A DNA stretch of 37,454 bases, taken from contig QHUE01000091.1 of the NCBI GenBank assembly GCA_003221825.1, positions 1-37,454 of the forward strand. Reading direction: 5' to 3'. The notes beneath the pieces were generated by a model. It had not been told where the DNA came from. It ran no database searches and was given only the letters and a program-made list of their open reading frames with translations. This document shows positions 18,877 to 27,417 of this stretch, piece after piece (position 1 is the first letter of the stretch; every line of letters begins with the position of its first letter). Source of the DNA: Gemmatimonadota bacterium. Lineage in GTDB: Bacteria; Gemmatimonadota; Gemmatimonadetes; Gemmatimonadales; GWC2-71-9. The position numbers and the translations under genes were made by a program.

Positions 18877-20280
18877 GATCACCGCATCGTCAGGAGTGAA
18901 CGCATAGCTGAACAACAGCGTCGTCACTCGGTCGCGGGTTGGGAGTGTCTGGACCGAGGTGGAGACGAGCTGGTACCCTCCCGGCACACTCTTGAACAGC
19001 TGTACCTGAACCGTCTCGGGATACCGGTTGCTCTTGATGTCCACCGAAATCCGGCTGGTCTTGCCGGTCATGCCGGTCGCCGGCGTCGCAAAGCGTGTGA
19101 TGGCGACGTCGTGCGTCCGCACCTGCAGGGTTCGCGTGATCGATCCCGTTCGACCATCGAATGTCGTGACCGTCAGCGTCACCTGGTAATCGCCGTCGAC
19201 CGCGTACCGATGCGTGGGGTTGAAACCCGTGCCCGCCGCCCCGTCGCCGAAATCCCACTGCCGCGTCTGAATCCCGACGCCGCCCGGATCGAACGACTGA
19301 TCGAAGAACTGCACCAGATCGAAGCTCGACGGATCGAACGGCTGGGTGAAGAAGTTCGCCTGCGGAGGGGGCGGCGGCTGGAGCGAGAACGTCGCAGTGC
19401 CGGGCTGATCGCTCCCGACCTGGAAGTAGTAGGTCTGCCCGGCAACCGCCGTGAAGGACACCGGGCCGCTGAAGCTGCTCGCGCAGCGCAGGAACGACAG
19501 ACTATTGAGCGAGGTGCCTTGGTAGACGGTGAGACCATCGAAGAACGGTGCCTGGAGACCGGCCGTAACCGCCTGCGTCGTCGTCGGAGTAAACCGGTAC
19601 CACACCGTTCTCGAATTGAAGAAGCAGAATGCCGGCTCGTTCGGTTCGCGCGTTGCAAAGTCGAAGACCGCTGTCGCCGTGAAGGGTATCCCCGGGGCCA
19701 GCTCCGCATCCGCAAAGTTGTCGTTGCCGCTTGGCGGTGGCGGGGGAGGAGGTGGCGGCGGTCCCGAGTCCTGCTGCAGACTGAAGACCGTCGGACCAGT
19801 CGCGCCGGCGGAATCCGAGATTTGGAAGAAGAACGCCGAGCCCGAATCGGCATTGAACGTGACCGGTCCAAAGTTCGAGTTACATCCCACCGGGATGAGC
19901 GTGTCGGCGCTGACGAAGTACGTCGAAAGGATCCCTGGGGCTGGACCGCGCAGTTGGGCGGTGAGTTGCACGGCACCCGGGGCCTGCGACACATAGACAT
20001 ACCAGACGGTGCGTGTCGGCGCCCCGATCGTGTCGTGACAGACCGACGTGACTTCGCCCGGTTCGACGGTGGCGTTCGTGACGTCCGTGCTGTCGAAGAA
20101 GGGCACGAACGGGATGAATCGCGCGCTGTCACGGTTGTCGTTGGGCGGGGCCGGCGATGCCGTGTCCTGCGCCACGACATCCGGACGGAGCGGCTGCAGC
20201 GGCGTTTCGCGCGTGCACGATGCAACGGCGAGTGCTGCCACAGCGGTGAAGGTGAGAAAGCGGGAAAATCGCGCGAGCAT
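18856..20280 (-). CDS. Secreted lipoprotein with two tandem PPC-like domains, a poly-Pro linker and a PKD domain, 474 aa
   Basis: ATG 20280 is preceded by AAGGAGG 7 nt upstream. Lipobox LAVASC. Two related ~130-aa domains (NDN..A ... TVWY.. ... FSLQ) are separated by a 10-residue proline run (PPPPPPPPPP). PKD signature WDFGDGAAGTGFNPTHRYAVDGDYQVTLTV. Confidence 0.85.
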   Translation of the reverse strand: MLARFSRFLTFTAVAALAVASCTRETPLQPLRPDVVAQDTASPAPPNDNRDSARFIPFVPFFDSTDVTNATVEPGEVTSVCHDTIGAPTRTVWYVYVSQAPGAVQLTAQLRGPAPGILSTYFVSADTLIPVGCNSNFGPVTFNADSGSAFFFQISDSAGATGPTVFSLQQDSGPPPPPPPPPPSGNDNFADAELAPGIPFTATAVFDFATREPNEPAFCFFNSRTVWYRFTPTTTQAVTAGLQAPFFDGLTVYQGTSLNSLSFLRCASSFSGPVSFTAVAGQTYYFQVGSDQPGTATFSLQPPPPPQANFFTQPFDPSSFDLVQFFDQSFDPGGVGIQTRQWDFGDGAAGTGFNPTHRYAVDGDYQVTLTVTTFDGRTGSITRTLQVRTHDVAITRFATPATGMTGKTSRISVDIKSNRYPETVQVQLFKSVPGGYQLVSTSVQTLPTRDRVTTLLFSYAFTPDDAVIGRSHQP

Positions 20281-20373
20281 GGATAGGCCTCCTTTGTAAA
20301 GGAGCTGCGATCGGACCGCGCGATTGTATATGGAGGGCGGCAAGCGAGCGTCAAGAAGCTATATTCTCCAACA

Positions 20374-20421
20374 GGCGATGGAGTTCGCCTTTAACCGCCC
20401 TACGGGCTGATGACTCCTACC
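20374..20421 (+). promoter_or_regulatory. Fluoride riboswitch (crcB motif) aptamer, copy B, upstream of crcB
   Basis: GGCGATGGAGTTCGCCTTTAACCGCCCTACGGGCTGATGACTCCTACC. TATATT (20360-20365) lies 8 nt upstream. It is followed by a terminator/SD platform and crcB. Confidence 0.9.
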
Positions 20422-20452
20422 CGAAACCACCAACGGCAGGAGTCTTTTCTTT
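20412..20452 (+). terminator. Riboswitch expression platform: terminator hairpin sharing the aptamer 3' strand
   Basis: GACTCCT (20412-20418, part of the aptamer) can pair with AGGAGTC (20438-20444), followed by TTTTCTTT. The AGGAG also serves as the SD for the TTG start at 20451. Confidence 0.5.
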
Positions 20453-20825
20453 GACTATCCTCTACATCGTCCTGGGCGGTGTCGCCGGAACATTGTCGCG
20501 CTACGGCCTCGAAGGTTGGATTCACGGCCGCATGGCGAGCGGCTTCCCACTGGGTACTCTGACTGTCAACATCGTCGGGTCCCTGCTCCTCGGGTTCATC
20601 CTGCGGATCGCAACCGGCGCGGTGGTGATCTCGCCCGACCTGCGGGCGGGTCTCACCATCGGCTTTTGCGGTGCCTTCACCACGATGAGCACGTTCAGCT
20701 ACGAGAGCGTCACCCTGCTCCACGACGGCGATTACCTTCGCGCCGTCCTCTACATGGGCGCAACGATCGGGGGCTGCGTCGTCGCGGTGGTCTTTGGAAC
20801 GGCGCTCGGCGACAAACTCCTGTGA
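20451..20825 (+). CDS. crcB: Fluoride ion channel CrcB/Fluc, 124 aa
   Basis: (TTG)TILYIVLGGVAGTLSRYGL..., GTLTVNIVGSLLLGF, GFCGAFTTMSTFSYE. Sits directly behind a fluoride riboswitch. Confidence 0.9.
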   Translation: MTILYIVLGGVAGTLSRYGLEGWIHGRMASGFPLGTLTVNIVGSLLLGFILRIATGAVVISPDLRAGLTIGFCGAFTTMSTFSYESVTLLHDGDYLRAVLYMGATIGGCVVAVVFGTALGDKLL

Positions 20826-20832
20826 GGTTCCG

Positions 20833-21177
20833 ATGACCGAACGATTCCGCGGCGAACGCACGCTGATGCGCGTCTTTATCGGCGAAAGCGACAAGTATCA
20901 CGGCAAGCCCCTGTACGAAGCGTTGCTCGAGCGCTTCCGCAGTAGAGGCCTGGCCGGCGCGACCGTGCTGCGGGGAGTCGCGGGATTCGGCGCGTCCAGC
21001 AAGCTCCACACCGACAAAGTGCTCCGGCTCTCGATGGATCTTCCGATGATCATCGAAGTGGTCGAAACCGACGAGGTGATTCAGGCGCTGCTGCCGGATC
21101 TGAGCGAGATGATCGGTGGCGGGTTGATCACGCTTGAGAAGGCAAACGTGATCCTCTATCGACCGGGATCCAGCTAA
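20833..21177 (+). CDS. DUF190 (PII-like) protein commonly linked to crcB, 114 aa
   Basis: MRVFIGESDKYHGKPLYEALLERFRSRGLAGATVLRGVAGFG.. is typical of DUF190. ATG 20833 has GAGG upstream. Confidence 0.75.
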   Translation: MTERFRGERTLMRVFIGESDKYHGKPLYEALLERFRSRGLAGATVLRGVAGFGASSKLHTDKVLRLSMDLPMIIEVVETDEVIQALLPDLSEMIGGGLITLEKANVILYRPGSS

Positions 21178-22447
21178 GCCCCCAGGTCACCAACAGCACG
21201 ACGACACCGAACAATACAACCTTCGGTTGGGCGATCACCGCCCCGACAAAGAGCGCCGCGTACACGGCAATGAACGCCGCCGGCAGCAATGGATACAGCG
21301 GCACGCGAAACGGCGCGAAGGACGCACGCGCGCGCAGTCTAAACAGTGATGCCACGGTCAGGCCATCGATCACCAGTATCAGCACGATCGCCCGGGCAAG
21401 CAGCTGGGCGAATGTGCCTGTCGCCGCCAGCGTCATCGACACGGCGCTCACGAGCACCATCGCCGTCCAGGGCGTGCCGCCGCGGTTGACGCGCATGAGC
21501 GCGGCGGGGCCCAGCCCGTCCCGTGACAAACCGAAGATCACGCGGGGCGTCACGAACACGTTGCCGTTGAGGGACGCGAGCACGACGAGCAGAGCGAGGA
21601 CCGCGATGATGAGGCCGCCCTTGGCGCCAAAGATGGCCATGGCCACGTCACCCGCGACGAGGTTCGACGCTGCCACCTGTTCGAACGGCAACACGTGCAG
21701 GAACGCCGCATTGAGCAGGAGATACAGGGCGGTCACGACGGCGATGCCGAGGATGAAAATGCGCGGCAGGGTACGCTCGGGCTCCACAACCTCCTCCGCG
21801 ATCTTCGCCGCGTCCACCGATCCGTAGTACGACCACATCACGGGCTGTGCTGCGACGGCCAGTGCCGCGACCACCTGCCAACCCTGAGGTGCGCCCGGCA
21901 GGACGCCGTGCCAGCCGGTACCGTGTCCCGCGACGAACGCCGCGATGACCACGCCGCCGAGCGCCAGCACCTTGGCCGCCGTCACGACGTTCTGAACCCA
22001 GCGGCCGGAGTTGATGCCCAGGAGATTGATGCAGATGAACAATCCGACGATCACCACCGCGATCCAGCGCGTCCATTCGGCCGGCCATCCAGCGATCCGG
22101 GCGCTGAACTCCGCCGCGGCGACGCCGATGGCAGCGATCGCGGCGGTGTAGATCGCCAACCCTTCCACCCACCCGACGACGAATCCCGCCCGGCGCCCGA
22201 ATGCCTCGCGCGCGTACACGTACTTGCCGCCCGCCCGTGGATACCGCGTCGCCAGCTCGGCGAACACGAGCGCCCCGAGCAACGCGAGCGCGCCACCCAA
22301 CACCCACGCGACGAACGTGAGCCCGGGGCGGCCGAGCTGGTTCGCAACCTCCCCCGGAGTCCGAAAAATCCCCGAGCCCACCATGATGCCGACGACCATG
22401 GCGAGGCCGTCGAACAAACGAAGCGACCGTTTCAGCTCGATGCTCAC
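21128..22447 (-). CDS. APC-family amino acid permease, 439 aa
   Basis: About 12 TM segments. N-terminal signature LFDGLAMVVGIMVGSGIFRTPGEVA. GTG start at 22447. The 3' end overlaps the convergent DUF190 gene by 50 nt. Confidence 0.8.
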   Translation of the reverse strand: MSIELKRSLRLFDGLAMVVGIMVGSGIFRTPGEVANQLGRPGLTFVAWVLGGALALLGALVFAELATRYPRAGGKYVYAREAFGRRAGFVVGWVEGLAIYTAAIAAIGVAAAEFSARIAGWPAEWTRWIAVVIVGLFICINLLGINSGRWVQNVVTAAKVLALGGVVIAAFVAGHGTGWHGVLPGAPQGWQVVAALAVAAQPVMWSYYGSVDAAKIAEEVVEPERTLPRIFILGIAVVTALYLLLNAAFLHVLPFEQVAASNLVAGDVAMAIFGAKGGLIIAVLALLVVLASLNGNVFVTPRVIFGLSRDGLGPAALMRVNRGGTPWTAMVLVSAVSMTLAATGTFAQLLARAIVLILVIDGLTVASLFRLRARASFAPFRVPLYPLLPAAFIAVYAALFVGAVIAQPKVVLFGVVVLLVTWGLSWIPVDRGSRLPSQA

Positions 22448-22529
22448 CGGCCGAAACGGTCGCTCCGAACTGCGAGAGTTGCTAGAGGCTCAGGCGGAAC
22501 TCATTGAGACACATGGGTATCTAGGTGCC

Positions 22530-24755
22530 ATGCGACTGTCGCTGCGATTTGTCGTCCCGCTGCTGGTCGCCCTCGGCATCTTCGCCTACGCGGCCCTCCC
22601 GCTGGTGGACAGGCTCATGCTCCGCTGGTTCAGCCGCGACCTCGAGGTGCGCGCCAACCTGATTGCGACTACGGTCGACGATCCGCTCCATACCCTGATT
22701 CGGACCGGCGACCGCAGCCGCATCCAGGAGTTCTTCACGCGCCTGACGCAGGACGAGCGCCTGTTCGCCGTCGCGTTCTGTCCCCCAGAGACCGGCGACC
22801 CTGTCGCGACCCCGACATTGCCGGCGGAAGTGCGCTGCTCCGACTTGGGCCGCTTCACCGAGCCGGCGGGCGATCTGCTGCAGACCGCGACCGGTCCCGT
22901 GTTCATCTCGGTGCGCCCGCTGGTCGGTGGCGGGAAGCTCGTGCTGGTGCACGACATGAGCTTCATCGCGCGCCGCAGCCGCGAGACCCGCGACTATCTC
23001 TTCCTCTTCTTTGTCGGGCTCGGCCTCACCGTCGCGCTCATCACCGTGGTGATCGCGCAGCTGTCCTGGCGCGGCTGGGTGCAGGGATTGCGCGCATTGC
23101 TGCGCGGCGAGGGTCTGCTGCGACCGTCGGGCAAGCCGTACGTCCCCGAGCTGCGCCCTATCGCGCGCGACCTGCGAGCGCTGATCCGCGACCTCGAGGC
23201 GGCGCCCCGACGCCTCGATGAGGACCACGTGGCCTGGACGCCCGACACGCTGCGCACCCTGCTGCGCGGAGAGCTGCGCGGGCAGGAGGTGATCGTGGTC
23301 TCGAACCGCGAGCCATACATCCACATGCGGCAGAACGGCGAGATCAAGGTTTGGCGCCCCGCGAGCGGCCTCGTGACCGCGCTCGAGCCCGTCATGCGCG
23401 CGTGCTCAGGTACCTGGATCGCGCACGGCGGCGGCTCGGCCGACCGCGACGTCGTGGACGCGCACGACCGCATCGCGGTCCCGCCGCCCCCCGCGCCGCC
23501 CGCGTATCAGCTGCGCCGCGTCTGGCTGACCGAGCAACAGGAAGCGGGCTACTACTACGGGTTCGCCAACGAGGGGCTGTGGCCGCTCTGTCACATCGCG
23601 CACGTGCGCCCGACATTCCGCACCTCAGACTGGGAGCAGTACGCCGCGGCCAACCGCCTGTTCGCGCGCGCGGTGGCCGACGAGGCCCGCTCGGACGACC
23701 CGATCGTCCTGGTGCACGACTATCACTTCGCGTTGCTGCCGCGCCTGATCCGCGAGTCGCTGCCCGAGGCGACCATCATCACGTTCTGGCACATTCCGTG
23801 GCCCAACCCGGAGGCGTTCGGAATCTGCCCGTGGCGCGAAGAGGTCCTCGACGGCCTGCTGGGCAGCAGCATCCTCGGATTCCACACACAGTTCCATTGC
23901 AACAATTTCCTGGACACGATCGAGCGCCTCATCGAGGCGCGCGTCGACCGCGAGATGTTTACCGTCTCCTACCGCGGCGAGTTGACGGCCGTCAAACGCT
24001 ACCCGATCTCGATCGAGTGGCCGGCGTCGCGTGCCGCCACGGCCGCGTCCGTCGAGCAATGCCGCGCCGCCCTGCGACAGCGCCACGGGTTACCCGAGGG
24101 GCACGCCATCGGCATCGGAGTGGACCGACTCGACTACACCAAGGGCGTGGAGGAGCGGCTGCGTGCCATCGAGCGGCTGTTCGAGCTGCAGCCCGAATGG
24201 CTGGGCAAGTTCACGTTCGTGCAGCTCGCGGCGCCGACGCGCACGCGCATCGAACACTACCAGCAATACCAGGCGCGGGTCGAGGCGCTGGCGGCACGCA
24301 TCAACGAGCGGTTCAAGCACGCGGCACACCCCGCCGTCATCCTGAGAATCGAGCACCACGAGCCTGAGTCCGTCTACGAGTACTACCGCGGCGCCGATGT
24401 GTGCGTCGTGACGAGCCTGCACGATGGGATGAACCTGGTGGCGAAGGAGTTCGTCGCCGCGCGCGATGATAACGCCGGCGTGCTCATCCTGAGCCAGTTT
24501 ACCGGAGCCGCGCGCGAGCTGCCCGAGGCGGTCATCGTAAACCCCTACGACACCGACCAGTGCGCCGCCGCGCTCCAGCTCGCGCTCACGATGCCCAAAG
24601 AGGAGCAGCGCGCCCGGATGCGGCTCATGCGCGAGCTGATCAAGGAGTTCAACGTGTACCGCTGGGCGGGCCGGATGCTGCGCGATGCCGCTGGCATGCG
24701 GCGGCGGGGACGCCTCTCGCACAGCGCGGTCGCGGTGGCCCGGGCCGCGTTGTGA
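22530..24755 (+). CDS. otsA: Trehalose-6-phosphate synthase (GT20) with a ~250-aa N-terminal two-TM sensor-like extension, 741 aa
   Basis: GT20 core ([17 protein letters not shown]-like [53 protein letters not shown]). The N-terminus has [23 protein letters not shown] (TM1), about 190 aa, then [23 protein letters not shown] (TM2). The start at ATG 22530 is chosen to avoid overlapping the divergent permease. Confidence 0.85.
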   Translation: MRLSLRFVVPLLVALGIFAYAALPLVDRLMLRWFSRDLEVRANLIATTVDDPLHTLIRTGDRSRIQEFFTRLTQDERLFAVAFCPPETGDPVATPTLPAEVRCSDLGRFTEPAGDLLQTATGPVFISVRPLVGGGKLVLVHDMSFIARRSRETRDYLFLFFVGLGLTVALITVVIAQLSWRGWVQGLRALLRGEGLLRPSGKPYVPELRPIARDLRALIRDLEAAPRRLDEDHVAWTPDTLRTLLRGELRGQEVIVVSNREPYIHMRQNGEIKVWRPASGLVTALEPVMRACSGTWIAHGGGSADRDVVDAHDRIAVPPPPAPPAYQLRRVWLTEQQEAGYYYGFANEGLWPLCHIAHVRPTFRTSDWEQYAAANRLFARAVADEARSDDPIVLVHDYHFALLPRLIRESLPEATIITFWHIPWPNPEAFGICPWREEVLDGLLGSSILGFHTQFHCNNFLDTIERLIEARVDREMFTVSYRGELTAVKRYPISIEWPASRAATAASVEQCRAALRQRHGLPEGHAIGIGVDRLDYTKGVEERLRAIERLFELQPEWLGKFTFVQLAAPTRTRIEHYQQYQARVEALAARINERFKHAAHPAVILRIEHHEPESVYEYYRGADVCVVTSLHDGMNLVAKEFVAARDDNAGVLILSQFTGAARELPEAVIVNPYDTDQCAAALQLALTMPKEEQRARMRLMRELIKEFNVYRWAGRMLRDAAGMRRRGRLSHSAVAVARAAL

Positions 24756-25480
24756 GGCGCGACGCACCTCCCCCCCTGCCACACGATGCATGGGCTTACT
24801 TCTTTGATCTCGACGGGACGTTGCTCGACTTCACGGATCCGCCAGGTGCCGTCCGTATCGACGACGCGTTGCGCGCGCAGATCGCCCGCCTCCACGACAG
24901 GACGGGAGGCGCCGTGGCATTGATCAGTGGCCGCGCGCTCGCCGACATCGATGACCTGCTCGACGGCGTCCGTCTCCCGGTGGCGGGCCAGCACGGCACC
25001 GAGCGGCGCGACGCCCGCGGCCGCGTCTCGCATCACGACTTTCCGCACGCGCGTCTGGACTGGGCACACGCGCGCCTGGCGGAGGCGATCGCCGGCCGGG
25101 CCGGATTGCTGCTCGAACACAAGGGACTGTCGCTCGCCCTCCATTACCGCCGCGCGCCGCGCCTCGGCGGGTACGCGCACCGACTCGTCGGATCGCTGGC
25201 GCCCACCCTCGGCGCCGAATTCTGCATCCAGCCCGGGAAGCGGATCGTCGAAGTGAAGCCCGCCGGGAAGGACAAGGGCGTCGCCTTGGTGGAGTTCATG
25301 GCCGAGGAGCCCTTTCGCGGGCGCACGCCGGTCTTCGTCGGAGACGACCTCACGGACGAGTACGGCTTCGAGGCCGTGAACCGCCTGAGCGGCCACTCGA
25401 TCAAAGTGGGGGCGGGCCGCACGGTCGCCCGCTGGCGCCTGCCGCACGTGCGCGCGGTGCGGGAGTGGCTGGCATCGTGA
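24752..25480 (+). CDS. otsB: Trehalose-6-phosphate phosphatase (HAD-IIB), 242 aa
   Basis: YFFDLDGTLLDF (D-x-D), ALISGR, KDKG and VFVGDDLTDE. GTG 24752 overlaps the otsA TGA (GTGA). Confidence 0.85.
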   Translation: MRRDAPPPLPHDAWAYFFDLDGTLLDFTDPPGAVRIDDALRAQIARLHDRTGGAVALISGRALADIDDLLDGVRLPVAGQHGTERRDARGRVSHHDFPHARLDWAHARLAEAIAGRAGLLLEHKGLSLALHYRRAPRLGGYAHRLVGSLAPTLGAEFCIQPGKRIVEVKPAGKDKGVALVEFMAEEPFRGRTPVFVGDDLTDEYGFEAVNRLSGHSIKVGAGRTVARWRLPHVRAVREWLAS

Positions 25481-27273
25481 CCTCTCTCGACCTTGCCCTC
25501 ATCGGCAACGGGACCATCGGCGCCCTCGTCGATCCCGAGGGCGAGATCACCTGGGCCTGCTTCCCCCGCTTCGACGGCGATCCGATGTTCTGCTCGCTGC
25601 TCAAGCCGCGGACGGAGGGGGCACAGCGCGACGACATCGGCTTCTTCACGATCGAGCTGCTCGACCGCGTCACGACCGAGCAGCACTACCTGCACAACAC
25701 CCCGGTCCTCATCACGCGCATGACGGACTCCGCCGGCGCAGCGATCGAGATCAGCGATTTCGCGCCGCGCTTCGAGCACCACGGCCGGATCTTCTGCCCG
25801 ATGATGCTGGTGCGGCGCGTCCGGCGCATCGCGGGGCACCCGCGCATTCGCGTGCGCGCGCGGCCGGCGCAGAACTACGGCCAGCCGCTCTCCGCCACGA
25901 CCTCGGGCAGCAATCACATCCGCTACGTCGGGACCGGACTCGTCCTGCGGCTGACGAGCGACGCGCCCATCACGTCGATCCTCGAGGAGAACCCCTTGTT
26001 CCTCGACGACGCCGTGACTCTGGTGCTCGGGCCGGACGAAACGCTGCAGGACAGCGCCGACGACGTGGGTACGCGCTTTCTGGCCGAGACCACGGCGTAT
26101 TGGCGCGACTGGGTGCGCTCGCTCGCCATTCCGTTCGAGTGGCAGGACGCGGTGATCCGCGCCGCGATCACGCTGAAGCTCAACGTCTTCGAGGACACGG
26201 GCGCGATCATCGCCGCCGTCACGACGTCGATTCCCGAAGCGGCGGACAGCAGCCGCAACTGGGACTACCGCTTCTGCTGGCTGCGGGACGCGTACTTCGT
26301 CGTGAATGCCTTGAACCGCCTCGGCGCGACGCAGACGATGGAGCGGTACCTGGGCTTCATCCGCAACGTCGTCGCCGACGGCGCGGACCGGCGGCTCGAT
26401 CCGGTGTACACCGTCACGGGTCACCGGCTGCCGCCGGAACGGGTGGTGGAGTCGCTGGCGGGCTACCGCGGCATCGGGCCGGTGCGCGTGGGCAACCAGG
26501 CGGCGGAGCAATCGCAGCACGACGTGTACGGCTCGTCCATTCTCGCGGCCACGCACGTGTTCTACGACCGGCGGCTGATCCGGCAGGGCGATGAGTCGCT
26601 GTTCCGCCGGCTGGAGCCGCTGGGAGAGCGCGCGTTCCGCTCCTTCGATCAGCCGGATGCAGGGTTGTGGGAGCTGCGGGGCAGCACACGCGTGCACACG
26701 TTCTCCGCCGTGATGTGCTGGGTGGGGTGCGAGCGGTTGGGCCGCATCGCCAAGCAGCTCGGCCTCGAGGACCGCGCCAGCTACTGGTGCCAGCGCGCCC
26801 GCGAGCTGCACGAGGAGATTTCGCGCCGCGCGTGGAACGAGAAGCTGGGCACGTTCGTCGCCACGTTCGACGGCGATACCCTCGATGCCAGCCTGCTGCA
26901 GCTGAACGAGCTGTTCTTCGTCGCGGACGACGATCCGCGTTTTGTCGCGACGGTGCGCGCCATCGGGAAGCAGCTGAAACGGGGCGACTTCGTGTTCCGC
27001 TACACGACCCCCGACGATTTCGGCACGCCGGCGAACGCATTTCTGGTGTGCACGTTCTGGTACATCAACGCGCTGGCGTCGATCGGCGAGCGCGATGAGG
27101 CGCGCCGCATGTTCGAATACGTGCTGGCCTGTCGCAACCGCCACGGCCTGCTCGCCGAGCACATCGATCCCAAGACACGGGAGCAGTGGGGCAACTTCGT
27201 GCAGACTTACAGTATGGTGGGACTGATAAGCTCAGCGATTCGGTTGTCGCAACGGTGGGATCAAGCCTTCTAA
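25477..27273 (+). CDS. Glycoside hydrolase family 15 (glucoamylase/trehalase-type), ~598 aa
   Basis: LDLALIGNGTIGALVD..WACFPRFDGDPMF, SIPEAADSSRNWDYRFCWLRDA, and TFWYINAL. GTG 25477 overlaps the otsB TGA (GTGA). An alternative GTG lies at 25465. Confidence 0.8.
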   Translation: MTSLDLALIGNGTIGALVDPEGEITWACFPRFDGDPMFCSLLKPRTEGAQRDDIGFFTIELLDRVTTEQHYLHNTPVLITRMTDSAGAAIEISDFAPRFEHHGRIFCPMMLVRRVRRIAGHPRIRVRARPAQNYGQPLSATTSGSNHIRYVGTGLVLRLTSDAPITSILEENPLFLDDAVTLVLGPDETLQDSADDVGTRFLAETTAYWRDWVRSLAIPFEWQDAVIRAAITLKLNVFEDTGAIIAAVTTSIPEAADSSRNWDYRFCWLRDAYFVVNALNRLGATQTMERYLGFIRNVVADGADRRLDPVYTVTGHRLPPERVVESLAGYRGIGPVRVGNQAAEQSQHDVYGSSILAATHVFYDRRLIRQGDESLFRRLEPLGERAFRSFDQPDAGLWELRGSTRVHTFSAVMCWVGCERLGRIAKQLGLEDRASYWCQRARELHEEISRRAWNEKLGTFVATFDGDTLDASLLQLNELFFVADDDPRFVATVRAIGKQLKRGDFVFRYTTPDDFGTPANAFLVCTFWYINALASIGERDEARRMFEYVLACRNRHGLLAEHIDPKTREQWGNFVQTYSMVGLISSAIRLSQRWDQAF

Positions 27274-27417
27274 AAAAAGCGGGGACATGCAAAAGCTAGT
27301 CCACAGACGCACCGCGGGCTTCAGGCAATGGTTAACGGGACCACCCTAGCAAGGATTGTCCCGTTGACTCAAGACGGTTCACCGCTGCTGCGTCTGTGGC
27401 CTAGTCGTTGCATGTCC
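27274..27417. repeat. MITE-like imperfect palindromic element, copy 1 (~135-nt core)
   Basis: The termini GGGGACATGCAAAAGCTAG ... CTAGTCGTTGCATGTCC are inverted repeats. Internal arms share CCACAGACGCA/TGCGTCTGTGG and AACGGGAC/GTCCCGTT. It is related to the reverse complement of copy 2. Confidence 0.7.

Noticed and set aside
19735-19765. Purine/pyrimidine-skewed GGN/CCN run
   Set aside because: It encodes the 10-proline linker of the lipoprotein and is not an independent repeat element.
18865-20286. 473-aa plus-strand ORF directly downstream of riboswitch copy A, considered as its regulated gene
   Set aside because: Its ATG is the AUGA inside the aptamer itself, and the product is Arg/Glu-rich with no domain. 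The opposite strand encodes a protein with a strong RBS, lipobox and PKD signature. It is treated as non-coding antisense.
20286-20303. Inverted repeat CTCCTTT-AC-AAAGGAG over the lipoprotein RBS
   Set aside because: The loop is too short for a stable hairpin, and the sequence is explained by the AAGGAGG Shine-Dalgarno.
25144-27162. 672-aa minus-strand ORF opposite the GH15 gene
   Set aside because: It has a low-complexity Arg/Ala/Val composition and no motifs. The plus-strand frame carries clear GH15 signatures.
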